DNA from: Okamejei kenojei
Taxonomy: Eukaryota
Assembly: GCA_035221665.1 (NCBI GenBank)
Contig: CM069140.1
Coordinates: forward strand, 60,760,001 to 60,824,000
Direction: 5' to 3'
DNA: 64,000 bases
The notes beneath the pieces were generated by a model. The model worked only from the letters and a program-made list of their open reading frames with translations. It was not told where the DNA came from and did not search any database. Position numbers and translations under genes: made by a program. Positions within the stretch are counted from its first letter, which is position 1. The number at the start of each line of letters is the position of its first letter. Below are positions 13,370-27,380 of the stretch, piece by piece.

Positions 13370-13760
13370 AGGGCCTGTCCCACTTGGACGACCAAATCCA
13401 CGAGTTTAGAAGACCGTAGACAAATTGGAAAAAAATGTCAAGGTCATGTTGACTCGCCAAAGTAAAAGACCTCCTACGACTTCCTATGACCCCCCTCGAC
13501 CTCAGACTTCCGCACCCAAGACGAACTACGACTAGCTACGAGTGGGAAATGATCACATGATAAAATTATGTCATGTTTGCATTTTTTTTCTTGGGCCAGT
13601 TACTGACTTACGACTACCATCACGACCTAGGAGTAAAAAGCATCCATTTTTTCCAGGATGACCTTTTTTTTAAAATTATAAACTTGTGGACATTTTTATC
13701 GTGCTGGAAAAAACACCGCGACCTACTTGAGGCCACAAGTACGCGGACTAAACAAAAGTT
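13370..13760. mobile_element. PIF/Harbinger-like non-autonomous DNA transposon (one end)
   Basis: TAA|AGGGCCTGTCCCACTT terminus; its reverse complement AAGTGGGACAGGCCCT|TTA is at 54660-54678; internal sequence shared (in reverse complement) with 33740-33800. Confidence 0.6.
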
Positions 13761-13945
13761 TTTTTAGAGAAATCTGTAAAATCTAACAAAGGCTATCTGT
13801 TGAGAAGGGTTTGCAAGTGACTCTCTAAAACATACATACTAATGAGAGAAAATTGTAATTTCCACCGTAATACATTTTGGTATAATGACCTGTGCAGTCA
13901 TATCTTTCCAAACCTTCCCTTTCATGTCAGTGAGATGCAATTCAC

Positions 13946-14010
13946 CTGTTAACAGAATTCACTTAAAGGCTAAGCTAGAAGCAGCAGATGGTGTATTTAT
14001 TCTCTCGTCT
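13946..14010 (-). other. Candidate non-coding (5' UTR) exon of the host gene
   Basis: Acceptor ttttttttctccag| and donor CAG|GTGAAT in non-repetitive sequence; 65 nt, stops in all three frames. Confidence 0.35.
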
Positions 14011-14514
14011 CTGGAGAAAAAAAATTGAATTTAAAACACCAGGCAAAAGACACAACCCGCAGATACATAGAAGCAGTCACAACAAAACTGATTAAATAAA
14101 ACCCTGATCCTTGTACAGAACTAGAGCAAATGGAATTCTAGAGACACCACACTTTGGATGAAAATGGGTTTAAATGAGCTTTTCTGTCTGCACAGCAAAC
14201 ATTACAAAACAAATTGCTTTTATCTATAGTATAGTGTAAAAAGATCTGTATTGAGCGAATTTAAAATAATGACTCAACATTGCAACACTGGAATTTATTC
14301 ATGCTTGGTTTTGAATCTATGCTAGATGGAGGGTCAATGGTTTTCAGTTCCATCGGCGGACTAAATATATGATGAAGCAGAGGTGTGAAGAAGCGTCCCA
14401 AACGAAAATGATATCTGTCCATTTCCCTCCATAGATGATGCCTGATCTGCTGAGTTATTTCAGTACTTTATTTGCACATCATGTAATACTGGGAGATGAT
14501 AGGTAAGTGGAGTA

Positions 14515-14715
14515 GCGTCAAATAGCCCTTGCTTTCCCTCTGTCTCCATCTCCCCCCTCTTCCCAGTTCTTCCACCAGTCTTACTGTCTCCGACAACATT
14601 CTATCCTGTCCCGCCCACTCCCCGACATCAGTGTGAAGATGGGTCTCGACCCGAAACATCACCCATTCCTTCTCTCCAGAGATGCTGTCTGAGTTACTCC
14701 AGCATTTTGTGTCTA
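14515..14715 (+). mobile_element. Penelope-like 3' end with terminal module
   Basis: 3' UTR followed by gtgaagatgggtctcgacccgaaacatcaccc ... gagttactccagcattttgtgtct. Confidence 0.8.
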
Positions 14716-17574
14716 GCTGGGAAATGATAGATGTATAGAATTTCAAAAGGTATTTGATAAAATCTCACTAAACACAATACATATTTAAAAAGGTGATTTA
14801 AAATTCACCAGTATATAACATTATGAGCAAAATTGAATCCATCGGGGAGTTCAGAAAAATAAAGGGCAATCTTCTCAAAACAAAATCCTGCCTGGATGCA
14901 ATAGGGCAAATGGGATGTTTCCATTACTGAGAGAATCCCAAACAAGGGAATACAGTTAAGACATTTAAAACTGAGGTGCATTCGAACAACTCTTGGTGAA
15001 TTTGAAATATTCTATCTGGGACGTTCATGGAGGGTATATTATTGGGCGTATTTAGAGAAAAATAAACTACATTTTTGAAACACCAGAGAATGGAGGACTA
15101 TGGGAAATTGATACAGAGGAGAAATTGAGGCCTGGAGCAGATCACCCATAAAACACCAAATGACATGGACAGCTCTCAAGAGGTACGTATATAGTCAGAC
15201 TTCGAAACATTGCTTCATTCACATGCATATCCAATTTTAGGGGTGGTGGTCTTTAATGTTTTTACCTGTAAACTTTGAAGTAAATATACTAGACATACTT
15301 TTACCCCACTGGTACAGCTACCTCTCCCCATATAGCTATTGCCAAATACAAAAGACCAAATTCCATAGACGTTCACAAATCACCAAGAAGTTAATATCTG
15401 TGTGCAATTTGCAAACACTGATGGCTGTTCTGATGCTTGGCTTGAAAGGCCAATCGACTTATTCCGACATCTATTTTCTTATGTTATTTTGTTCTCATTG
15501 TCTATAAATCACTCAAGTTAGCAAAGCATCAAGCCACAGTACACCTATCCCCCATCTTCAGTTGCATTTCTTAATCCTGTTTTCATAATACCCTTATCTT
15601 TTTTTTTTAAATTCACAATTTTGAAATTTTCAATTGACCCAATCCTCTCTGGAAGGAATTAGAGTTCTTGCAGATTTTCATGTCCTGAATGAATAAGTAA
15701 AAATGTGTCAATAAATTTTAAACTCCCTGAATGCCTTAGCTGAATGGTTAAAGTTAAATCCCACTCACCCCCTTGCTCTGGTCTCATGCATCTTCTGACA
15801 GCTTAGGCACTATGCAACATTTCCCTCTATTATTATTTGCCTTAGAAAAGCAAAGTCATTTCAATATCCATCTCCATTGCCCTGCAGTCAGCTAATTCAC
15901 GATTTATTTGTGGCCCTTAACTTATCTCTGCAAAAAGTGTACCCTATCCTCATTCACCATAATCCCCTTTATCCTGGTCATTTCTACCTTGATGGACTCT
16001 CTGAACCTTTCCATGCGGCCTTCATATTGTATTTACCTTAACTTTTCAACATCATTCATTTGTCTACGGAAAAACCTCTTACTCAAGGCATTATCAATTA
16101 CACTTTCGCTCAAACATCTTGAAGACTTCTGGAAAGGAGATAGAGCAGATTATTTTTATTTGTTCATCAGACATGGACAACGCCAGAAAGGGCAGCATAT
16201 GTTGCCATTTGTTATAATCATACCAGAGAAGGCTTGGTAACAAGAAATCCAGGTTAAATGGGCTGAAATTAATGTATTGAATAAAATAATGAAGGACGCA
16301 ACTTTCATAAGGATAACTGAGTAAATATTTGAGGAGGAAGAAATTGCTGAGCAATGGAAGAAAAACAATAAGTTTTACAGTTCTTTCAAAAATCCCTTGG
16401 GGTCACAGTGAAAACAGTGTCTTTAAATATTGTATAACTCGCATAAACTCATTTCAAAATATCTCTACTGCGGCTTAATTTCAAACTTTTCCCTTTTCTA
16501 ACTTTGATGTGTCATCCCAAAATATTTGCCATTTTACAACTTAATATTTGCTCTTGCAGCACCCATTGCCACCCAACCATTCACTGATATTCACTTCTAC
16601 ATGTTCAAGGGATAGAAGCCTCAGGATTCCTTGCACACAACTACCTCAGCCATTCACTGCAGTTTAGTCATTTATTGGCAAAGTTGGTTAGATTACTGCA
16701 AGTTTTATAAATATCCCAGATTTTTTGCAGAGCTACTCCAAAATGGAAATTCTTATTTCTCTCTCTATCTATCTGTGAAACACATTCAGTAATTGTCTCA
16801 TGGTGCATATTGTAGATAACATGAGGATGACCCAACAATTATAATGAGAGAAGTAATGTGTTGCACCAAAGGACATGTGTTTTTGGCTGAGGTGCATATA
16901 TTTTAAGATAATATTTATGAAGATTGGTACAAGAATTAAGAAGTGTTAGTGAAATATATATATGGTCTTGGTGAAAGCACACATTCTACTGTGTCCACTT
17001 AACTAGGGAAGAATACCTTGGCAGGACTACAACCTACACTGATTTCTGGATTTGTCTCTCCCTATGATTAATATTTCCAGACACACATAAGACTGCAGTT
17101 GCTAGAATCTGAAGCACAAAAATGAGCTACTTGAGGCCGTCAGTGGGTCAAGCAAAATCTGTGGAGAAAAATGTGTAGTCAACATTTCAGGTCGAGACCC
17201 TTCACCTGGAGTGATCGTACTCATCCACACTTGTGTATTTCTGACTGCGATTAAACTCAACTCTTTATAATAAACCAGAAACCTTAAATGCTCTGCAAAA
17301 TCAGGCAATATCTCCAAATATTGTAAAGTTCGGTTAACAAATTTGGTCTCTGTTCCAAAATGGTTATGGAAAACCAAAAGTGATACTACCCCTCACCCTC
17401 TATTCATCAATGGAAGCACATGAATTTCTGATTACTTCCAGTTTCTGTGATTAGTGGAGGGATGGGTTTGTTGGACGGGGTATTATGAGGATAAATTAGG
17501 TAGACTCAGCCTTTTACACTTTAGAAGTGATCTCATTAGAACATCCCAGGAACATGTTTGTATTGTGATCTGGC

Positions 17575-17915
17575 GTTATATAACCATATAACAATTACAG
17601 CACGGAAACAGGCCCTCTCGGCCCTTCCAGTCCGTGCCGACCATTTGTTTTCCCCTAGTCCCATCTAACTGCACTCAGACCATACCCCTCCATTCCCTTC
17701 ACGTCCATATACCTATCCACTTTACTTTTAAATGTTAAAATCGATCCTGCCTCCACCACTTCTGCTGGAAGCTCATTCCACACAGCCACCACCCTCTGAG
17801 TAAAGAAGTTCCCCCTCACGTTACCCCTAAACTTCTGTCCCTTAATTCTCATGTCATGCCCTCTTGTTTGAATCTTCCCTACCCTCAATGGGAAAAACAT
17901 ATCCACGTCAACTTT
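17575..17915 (-). mobile_element. CR1 LINE 3' end
   Basis: ORF 17655..17981: TRGHDMRIKGQKF..NFFTQRVVAVWNELPAEVVEA..FKSKVDRYM; 3' UTR ends in short (tatatggt/ta) repeats. Confidence 0.92.
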
Positions 17916-19839
17916 GTGTATCAAATAACGTGCTAATTTTCTTTGAACCACATTACTTTTATATTCACACACAAAACCCAAACAGAATTAATAATGTTTT
18001 TAAAAGAATTAACATGTAAACGAACACCTACACCACAAATCTAACCACATCAGGCATTAACTATTGAATCAATTTTATATTAGATGATTATAAATTTGAA
18101 TTCAACAGGTGCTACCAGCAACTAATGAGATAAGTTACCAGTTAATCTTTTTGGGGATTTGTTGAAGGATAAAGTTGGTCCAAACCTGAGAAAAATGTCT
18201 GTCCTTTATCATTCATTCCTCACAAATGTTGGCAACCTAACAGGCAGTTTGAATGTTTCTTCTAAAGATTTATTCAGTCATTTTTTGGGGATATGGACAA
18301 CATTGGCAAGACCAGCACTTATTGCTTGAGAAAGCAGTTGTTATCCAACTTCTAAAATGACTGCAGATCTTCTGGTGAAGATGGCCTCACAACGTTATTG
18401 GGAAGGGAATTCCAAGATTTAGATCCCGGAACAATGATTAGCAATACACATCCAAGCTAAGAGGTGTGCAAGTTGCAGGTGGGAAATAAGGAAACGGCAG
18501 AGGAACTAAACAATCATCGACATGGAATAAGATACCCAAAACCTGCCAGATATATTGGAGAATAAAAGGCCACGCAAGATTAACAAACAGAAGGGAGCTA
18601 TTTAGTCGCAAATCTGTGCTTGATAAATTGGGAAATGAAAAGCAAACAAATCTGAGGATTCATTTAAATCGTACTATACACAAGTACAATAGATCCTCTT
18701 TTGGAACAGCACAAGAGTCGCCACATTCTGGCACCATCCTGTAACTTTCAAGTCCCGAATGTCCAATTGTGGGCTAAAGAGGTATGCAATTTTTTATATG
18801 TTTGTTTTAAGGAATGTGTCTTGACGGCGCTAGATCGATTAAGTAGGTGTCATCCTGGCCCAGCGGGATCCTGTTGGCTTCTACCACCACTGCACCGTGC
18901 AACTCCCGCAGGTATCGCTCGATTCATTCCCTCAACTGATTGCCTTAGGGCTTCCCATGGCCACTGTGACCACACCATCATTCTCCTCAGCAACTGAAAC
19001 ATGAGGTGCTATACTCTAGGTTGGTATCGCGGCAGTGGAGCAGACCAATGACAAATAGGTCGGTGAGGGAATGAGAAGGATAGAGCACATTGAATTAGCA
19101 GTTATATAGATTGACAATTGGTTATTGTCAGAAAGCAGTAAGGAAATAAACAGATAATTCACAGTAGGTCAAGCTGAGACAAATGGCTGCTGCAGAAATC
19201 AGTGCTTTGGTCCCAGCTTTACACTATCCCTACTTATGGTTAGTTGAGGGGAACCAAATGTGATATTTATAAATTTGCTGATGGTACTAACCAGGTGGGA
19301 TTTGAGTAAAGGATTAAAATGATTCAAGGGGATAGACAAAAGCTGAATCAGTAGGAGAGAACGTACAGGTGGAAAAATGGTTCTTCACTTTGATGCAAAT
19401 AATAAGAGTCGAATTTGTACAAATGGGCAGTAGTTCCCAAGCACCTTTGGCAATGGCTCTAAAATTCCTAAATTCTGCCCATGTGATTAACATCAGTATA
19501 TTTTGTAAATGCACTAACACAGTCTTAGGTTACATTCACACCATTTTGCCACCTCATTATGGCGATGCATGGTGGTCTTACCAGTATGCCCTTTTGGACT
19601 CATCATTAACCTAAGGTTAATCCTTTGGCATGGTTGTAATGAGAGAATGGGAGATGTACCAAATCCCGAGGTTATCGACTGTGGTTGAATAAATTTATGC
19701 TGTACCAAGGACCTGAGCATGATCAGATTTGAGCTGCTTGTTTTTGAATCTATCCAATTAGCATGAAAATGGCACTACACAATATGATAGAAAGTGTTCA
19801 CGTTGTTAACTGACAGGATTACTGACAATTTAATCTCTT

Positions 19840-20032
19840 ATATAGACACAAAATGCTGGAGTAACTCAGCGGGACAAGCGGCATCTCTGGAGAGAAGGAA
19901 TAGGTGACATCTCTGGTTGAGACTCTTTTTCGTCACCCATTCCTTCTCTCCAGAGATGCTGCCAGTCCCGCTGTTACTCCAAAATTTTGTGTCTATCTTC
20001 AGTTTCAACCAGCATCTGCAGTTCCTTCCTAC
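19840..20032. mobile_element. Fold-back Penelope-terminus mini-element
   Basis: Long inverted arms; flanking direct repeat acaatt(t/g)aatctctt at 19825-19839 and 20033-20047. Confidence 0.8.
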
Positions 20033-20575
20033 ACAATTGAATCTCTTTGTTCTGGAATGTCAATATCATTGGTCACACGTATGGGTTTATACCAATGGGA
20101 TTTTAAAAATATATTCTCAGCTATCATTGGCGGATTGGCAGAAATCAGATTTAATTTAGAAATATTTTCCTAACAAATTTCAAAAAGCTTTTCCATATTT
20201 TGCAAAGCATACAAAAATAATATTGTAATCCTTGCAGAAGAAATTATGCCTCTTTCCACTCCTACTCAAGTTAACAATTATTAAGTTATGATAATCTGTA
20301 CTGAAGAATTTACTAGATCTTATTCTCATTAAAATACTAGTTGGGATCATATTGGCTAATCAGCATGCTTCTGAACTGGTCAGAAAACTAATCTGTTTCT
20401 CTGTCACAAATAACATATCAACAAGCTTCTTGCCCTGTCTCCAGTGCATAATCTGCAAAACATGAGACAGAAAGTATTTTTGTTTATCTTGGGCTTAATA
20501 ATGAAGTACAGTGCTGGGAATTTATTTTTTTCTAAATGCAATAAACTGCAAATAAAAATATTGTACAGTACTTAC

Positions 20576-20755
20576 CTAACGCCTCATCTAAGTGTTTAGG
20601 AAGTCACTGATTTATCACTGACAGATTCTTTCAATTTCCTAACACCTTCATTATCCAAAAGAAGTTACACCCAAAGGGTTTTCATGGTATCTTGTGAGAC
20701 GTGATAATAGTAAACCAATACCAAAGGCACAACAGTTACCAGGCTTCCACCAACA
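20576..20755 (-). other. Candidate non-coding (5' UTR) exon of the host gene
   Basis: Strong acceptor ttttttttattttag| and consensus donor TAG|GTAAGT; 180 nt of non-repetitive sequence, no through-reading frame. Confidence 0.5.
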
Positions 20756-21687
20756 CTAAAATAAAAAAAATACATATATAGGTCTCTGATGTTGGTCGCA
20801 AGGACAAACAACAAGTAACATAATTGTGCTGTAGATATACAGAAGACTGCATTTACTGGCGTTTTGAGCTAAAACAAGCTGCTGGAGGAACTCAGCAGAT
20901 CTGGCAGTATCTGTGGAAGGAAATTGAAGTTTTGGGTTGGAACCCTTATTCAGACCCTTCTTTAAAGGGTTCCAAGCTGATAAAAGACACAAAGTGCTGG
21001 AATAGCCACAAAGTGCTGGAATAGCTCAGCAGGTTAGGAGAACATGGGAAGGTGAGGTTTTAGATTGTGACACTTTTTCAGATAAATTTCCAGCCTGAAA
21101 TGTCATGTCCATTTTTTTCTACTGTCGTTGCCTGGCCTGCTGAGTTCCTCTATATTTGCACTGTGCACAATTATTATTCTGAATGGACTAGTACAAGACG
21201 TTACAAAGCATATTTTAATACTTATGAGCAGTAACACAAAGGTCAGTGAACATACTAGCAGATTCCCGGCTGTGGCTCTACTTGACACACTAAATTGTTA
21301 AGACTGAATAACAGGTAACAAACACCAACCATTTAATTTTCAATTCTAACCACATTTTGAATTAAAATTAACTATTGTTTACCCAACTTGTAATATTCTG
21401 CTGAACGAAACAGCTTTCACATAAAACAAAAACAAAGTTTAGGGATAGTTCTTTTTTCATGCTATCTAAGATACAAACGTTTAATCAGAATTAATGATCC
21501 ACAGCGAAAACGTTTTCAGCGCAGCTTCTAATGAAAATCAGCCTCACATTTTGCTGCTATATGAACGTTTTGTGTGAAAACCGCACATGAACAATTTTAT
21601 AGAAGCTTACATATTAGGTAAACAATAGTTAATTTTAATTCAAAATTTTGTTCGTATCCAAGATGGAAATATTGGTGTTATGGTTAC

Positions 21688-21760
21688 CTGCAGAGTTGCT
21701 TTAGAAACAGAGGCTTCATTTTGGCTTTTTCTCGTTTTTCTCCAGATTAATTTGAGGAAG
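21688..21760 (-). other. Candidate alternative first-exon end (MKPLFLKQLC, phase 2)
   Basis: gccaaaATG at 21719, donor CAG|GTAACC after 21688; 5' boundary unknown. Confidence 0.25.
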
Positions 21761-22432
21761 AACACAAAATTTAATTAACATCATTGTCAAGCCAATGATG
21801 AACGATTGTAATTGCAGTACCAAAAAAAACAGGAAAAAAATAAGAGAATTCACGTATTTCCAGGCTTTTTATCAAGCAGCATGTCCAAAAAGTGCCAGCA
21901 AGAATTTAAAACTGAATCAAACTGAAGTTGGGTTGTGATAGATTAAAAGCAGTAAGAGTCACAAGAGACTGCAGAAACTTGAGCAACAACAGTGCTGGAG
22001 GAACTGAAATGTCACCTGCCCAATCTCTCCCCAGATGTTACCTGACATGCTGAGTTATAACCGTCATTTGTGTTTCGTTTAAAAGCCATTAACTGTTCAA
22101 AAGTTAAAAATTAAAACTAACCTCAGTGCGTAGTGATCAAAGGTTAGATTGCAGTACTCAAATAAATTAGTGTAAATTGTCAGGAAGTGGCAGAGTAATC
22201 ACAATTTATTGAAGTTCAATTAAAATTACTATAAATTCAGGCAGAATAAAATCAATTCAACTAATTTTCAAAGCATCAATCTTACAGATAAAAATCGGAT
22301 CAATTAATCTTTGTAAACCAGCTGTGCAAAGCATAACATAAGTAAAGTGCTCTTTTAAATAATTCAATGAGCACCTCAAGCAAGGTCAGGGGTAATTAAT
22401 GCAACTGAAATAATTTTACTTTTGATGTAGGT

Positions 22433-22871
22433 CAGGGGTCGGCAACCTTGTTCTGCATAGGGGCCAGGACACATGTCTGTGAGCGGATGGCGGGCCACAT
22501 CTATCACATATACACATGGATCCCGCCCCCTTCCCGCCCCGGATGGCAGGCATCAAATCACGTGTTCACAGAAGGTAGACAAAAATGCTGGAGAAACTCA
22601 GCGGGTGAGGCAGCCTCATGCAATCCTTGCATGTCTCACCCACTGAGTCTCTCCAGCATTTTTGTCTACCTTTGATTTTTCCAGCATCTGCAGTTTTTTC
22701 TTAAACGTGTTCACAGAAGGTGCGCGGCCGTGCCAGCAGCTTTGCGCAAGATGCGGTGCAGCCAGAGCTCGGCGGGCCGGATGATTACAGGGAAAAAAAT
22801 CCGCCTGTGGGTCTAATGATTTTGGGTTACGGGCCACATTCAGCCTGGGGGCCGTAGGTTGCCAACCCCTG
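22433..22871. mobile_element. hAT (Charlie-like) MITE containing a nested Penelope-terminus insertion
   Basis: TIRs CAGGGGTCGGCAACC / GGTTGCCAACCCCTG; perfect 8-bp TSD ATGTAGGT (22425-22432, 22872-22879); nested insert flanked by 17-bp repeat acgtgttcacagaaggt (22560-22576, 22705-22721). Confidence 0.92.
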
Positions 22872-23743
22872 ATGTAGGTAATAGCAAGGAGAAACATTTC
22901 CTAAAATTTGTGTAATTTTCATCTTCCAAATGTATCCTCAATATACATACAAAGATAGACAAGGTCCATTAAACATAAAAGAGGAGCAGCCATTTGGACT
23001 ATTACTCAGCTATTTATCAAGAAAATGGCTGCCCTTCCACAATGTTTTTTTTTGCATCATCCCATTTCTATTGATTCTTTCAATGTCCTGAAATCCATCG
23101 ATCTTTGCATCGTCCACAACCATCCACCTTCAGCCGTATGAAGAAAGTTGCGAATCCTAAAAGACCTGGAAGAATTTTGCCTTATTCTGAGACTGTTACC
23201 CCCGATTCTCGATTCCTCATCCAGAAAATACATTCTCCCTGCACCCAGTCTGCAAGAATTTTGTAATTCTGAATGAGATCTGCTCTTCCTTCTAAATTCT
23301 ACAGGAAAAACCCACCATTACAGGAATTCATCATGTGAATCTATGCTGCTCTCTGTCCTTGCCAAGTATGTTTTTAAATGAGACCAAAACTGTTTACAAA
23401 ACTCCAGGCAAGACAAAACACTAAAGGGGAGGAACTCCTCAATGACAACTTGGTAGGGTAGATGTATACAACTGAAATCCAAGTAGAGAAGAGCATTCAG
23501 GTCACAGCAACAAAACTAAACATGCACTCTTTGTTTTGTTGCCAAGGGCAACTTCACTCAGAATCGCCACTGACTATCCTGCAGAACAAAGGATGTTTTC
23601 AAATGCACATGATGACACTAAGAACATATGGTGAAATATAAAATAATGGATCAGATTTAATCATATTTCAACCTTCTACAATTTTCAAACAGTTCTCACG
23701 AAGGAAGGATTTAATTAAAGTTTGCAAAATTAAATATTATTAC

Positions 23744-23798
23744 CCATGCTCCCACGCCTGGTTGAGGTTTGAAAGTCAGATAAAATTAGATCAAAGTA
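23744..23798 (-). other. Candidate 55-nt exon ending in ATG-G
   Basis: Pyrimidine-rich acceptor ...tttttcttcatccgtgtacatttccgcag|, donor ATGG|GTAATA; one open frame YFDLILSDFQTSTRRGSM. Confidence 0.35.
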
Positions 23799-24116
23799 CT
23801 GCGGAAATGTACACGGATGAAGAAAAATAAGAATGGTGTGTCACTCCAAGTAACCAATTCATCAAGCATTATCTTTTTATTTGTAATATTGAATGTGAAG
23901 AACAAAATAAGCAAATGAAAAAGTAAAGGGCATTCAGTTCCTATTGTGAGCTTCTAAGAATTTTGGGCTAAAAACACTTCCAAGATAGTAACGAACAGAT
24001 GAAATAATTTATCTCCAGGTTTGATTTTGGCCATGATAAGATGCCAGTTTGCTCGGGCTCTTTGGTTCCATGCTCAGTCAAAGACACTGTTGTTGGCCAT
24101 ACCGTTGAGCTCTTAC

Positions 24117-24212
24117 CTTTCCTCAAGCTTTCATTGTTAAATTATGGTAATAAGGTCTGCTGAGAAGCAGTTTTGTCAGAATTTATTGTCGATGTGCGCA
24201 TTTTTAGTGAAC
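24117..24212 (-). other. Candidate non-coding exon end
   Basis: Strong donor AAG|GTAAGA; acceptor is weak, so the 5' boundary is uncertain. Confidence 0.25.
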
Positions 24213-24329
24213 CTGCATTATTGTCTCTCGTTACCAGATTAGTGATGATTTAGAGGAGAACTAATCCCATAAAATCTACAAGATCTACAAGTTCTTCTTG
24301 TATGAAATGCAAGCACTTCCGTACTGTCA

Positions 24330-24803
24330 GTCAATAGACAATAGATGCAGGAGTAGGCCATTCGAGTCAGCACCGCCATTCAATGTGATCATGGCTGATC
24401 ATCCCCAATCAGTACGCCGTTCCTGCCTTCTCCCCATATCCCCCGACTCAGATATCTTTAAGAGCCCTATCTAGCTCTCTCTTGAAAGTTACCAGAGAAC
24501 TGGCCTCCACCGCCCTCTGAGGCAGAGAATTCCACAGACTCACAACTCTCTGTGAAAAAAAGGGGTTTCCTCGTCTCTGTTCTAAATGGCTTAACCCTTA
24601 TTCTTAAACTGTGGCCCCTGGTTCTGAACTCAACATTGGGAACGCTTCCTGCCTCTAGCGTGTCCAGACCCTTAATAATCTTATATGTTTCAAAAGAACC
24701 CCTCTCATCCTTCTAAACTCCAGAGTATACAAGCCCAGCCGCTCCATTCTCTCAGCATATGACAGTCCCGCCGCGATCCCGGGACAGTCCCGCCATCCCG
24801 GCT
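24330..24803 (-). mobile_element. CR1 LINE 3' end
   Basis: (caataga)n tail at 24333-24345; minus strand encodes LGLYTLEFRRMRG..ETYKIIKGLD and RVVSLWNSLPQRAVEA. Confidence 0.9.
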
Positions 24804-26889
24804 TATAGTATTTGATCTTCAATACATTATCTTCAAAACTTCTCAGATTTAAAAATAATCATCAAATCATTAGTAAGAAACAATCTGACAATGTGTGCTA
24901 CTAGCTCATCTGAAATCAGGATTTCAAACACATTCGCTATGGTATTTTTGATCGCTTTTGACAGATAAGTTAACCAGTGGCACATCCAATTATCTGTTTA
25001 CTGCATCACTGGTGAAGACCTGGGGAATATGGTTATTAAATATTTGCTGCATTGTAGCATGGTCTTAAATTAAAATAAACTCAACATTAAATAGGTCAGG
25101 CCGCTGTACTGTACCCCTGGTTACCTCCAATAATCACATCCAGATTGCTGTTGTTATCTCCATCACTCTCTCCCCTCGCCTGACCCATCCACCTATCCAC
25201 CGTCTCCAACTGCATCCATCTATTGCATACCACTTCTGGCTTCACCCCTCTCACCTTTTTATACTGCTTTTTATCTCCTCCACCCTTTCAGACCAAAGGA
25301 AGAGCTCCAACCTGAAGTATCTATGGTCCATTTCCCTCCACCTATGCTCAATGAACCACTGAGTTCCAGATCCCAGCAGCTAACATATTTTGCATATTCA
25401 TCCTTCTACAGCTTTGTGACTGTCACACATTAAGAATTACTCCAGGTTCCTTATCCTACAATGCCATAAGGAACCAATGGGACTTTAAGTAAAACATTAA
25501 AACAGGTTGAGACCTAGAATTGTTCAAGAGATCAAGACAAGATGGAGAGTAATTGGACTATACATTGTTGAACAAAATGTAACTGTATGTTTTCTTCTTT
25601 GAATCCCTTTGGTAAGGCTGCCCATAAGACTCGTAAATCCAATTGCATATCACCAAGTTCCACCTCTGGAATAATTTCCAAAACCCAATTGTAAATAGTG
25701 AAATAGTTGCTGAAGAAAACCCATTCATCAGCCTTTCAAAATGCTGATTAACTCAAAAACTTTCCCATCAAAATATCAACCAGGATAATATTCCCTTGAG
25801 AATACAACGTGATAACTGATAATACACTGACACAGGAGGAAGCATTTCACAGATGCAGTCAACAGACATGATTAAAATATAGATGGTACAATGAAACAGC
25901 AGGGTGGTGATGTCAATCAAACTGTTAGGGCTGTGAGGAATTTTCAGATCAAACTTTAGAAACACCCAGGTTACAATGGACAGGGTTGATTGCCCTTCTG
26001 AATGGGAGCAATTAACCAAGTGATCACAATTGCAAACAGTGTTCAAAATTAACTCAAGTTAAAGAAAACTCAACTTATTGTATCTTCCCTTTTCTTTCAA
26101 TAGTGATACAAATATAAGCACTGGTACCTGTTGTGTTGCTGCTTATCCTTTGTTTGCTTCCACCTATCATCCACCGGCCCATCTCCCAATTCTCCTTCTC
26201 CCCCCAACTTCCCGTTACCTTCCACCCCTCTTCAGACCACCAATCACCCACTAGCTCCCACACCCTTTCCTCTTTATACTGATTATCTTTGCTCTCCACT
26301 CAGCCCTGATGCAGGATTTTGAAAACACGTCAATAATTCCTTTTCCCCAAAGACGCTGCTCGACCGACTGAGCTCTTCCACTTGATCACTTGGTGATACA
26401 ATTATGCCTGAAATCGTATTCCAGCTTTGGATATCCATGCAGAAGAATGCACAGATAATACTAACAAATGGATGGCAAATGGATGGTAAATTCTATTTAA
26501 TACAAATGAATAAAATAACAAAATCATAAAGCTTCACAGTATGTAGACTGTTTTTGTTACAATTGCAAGAGGGAGTATTCAAATGAAAACATCAGGGATA
26601 GTGAAGGTCGCACAGACTCAGTGTTCAAATTCAGCCAAATGCAGTATTTCGTGGACATCAATGAAGCCTCAGATCAAATGAAGGTCTACAGTATTACAAA
26701 CATCTGTCAAATTTGAGCCAGTGAATCCAACCATCATATTATGCCGAAGTAGCAGCTGCTTTGCCAACAAAATTGGTAGAAGTTAATCGTATTATTACAA
26801 AGTGGGAACAATCATTAAATAAATCACTGCTATGAATCATTCTAACCTCAAAAAACATGCAATTAACGAATTTAGTTTAGTGTGAGTGG

Positions 26890-26965
26890 ACTCAAATGGT
26901 CACAGGGAGAACATGCAAACTCCATATAGACAGCACCCGAGGATCGAACCCGGGGTCTCTGGAGT
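26890..26965 (-). mobile_element. V-domain SINE (HE1-like) fragment
   Basis: Minus strand agagaccccgggttcgatcc (B box) ... tggagtttgcatgttctccctgtgacc. Confidence 0.75.
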
Positions 26966-27104
26966 GGTATATTGACTGCATATTGAGTATTAGAATAAAT
27001 GACAAAAAAGTCACTTCAAAGAGATCAATCAAGAGTAATTTAAAGGAGCAGTCAAAGGTAGAGGCGAGATATTCCAGGAGCGATTCCAGCCTTCTTTCCA
27101 TAAG

Positions 27105-27380
27105 TGGAACAACATAAGTTTCAGGTCGAGACCCTTCTTCAGACTGATGTGAGAGAGGGGGGAGGGGGGCGGGAAGAAGAAAGGAAGAGGTGGAGCCAGT
27201 GGGCTGAGGGAGAGCTGAGAATAGGAGGAGAAAGTAGGGATTACCTGAAATTAGGGAAGTCAATGTTCATAGCGCTGGGATGTAAACCGCCCAAGCGGAA
27301 TATGAGGTGCTGCTCCTCTAATTTACGGTGGTCCACACTCTGGCCATGGAGGAGGCCCAGCACAGAAAGGTCAGATTTGA
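27105..27380 (-). mobile_element. Penelope-like 3' fragment
   Basis: Minus strand encodes KLEEQHLIFRLGGLHPSAMNIDF, followed by ctgaagaagggtctcgacctgaaac. Confidence 0.85.
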
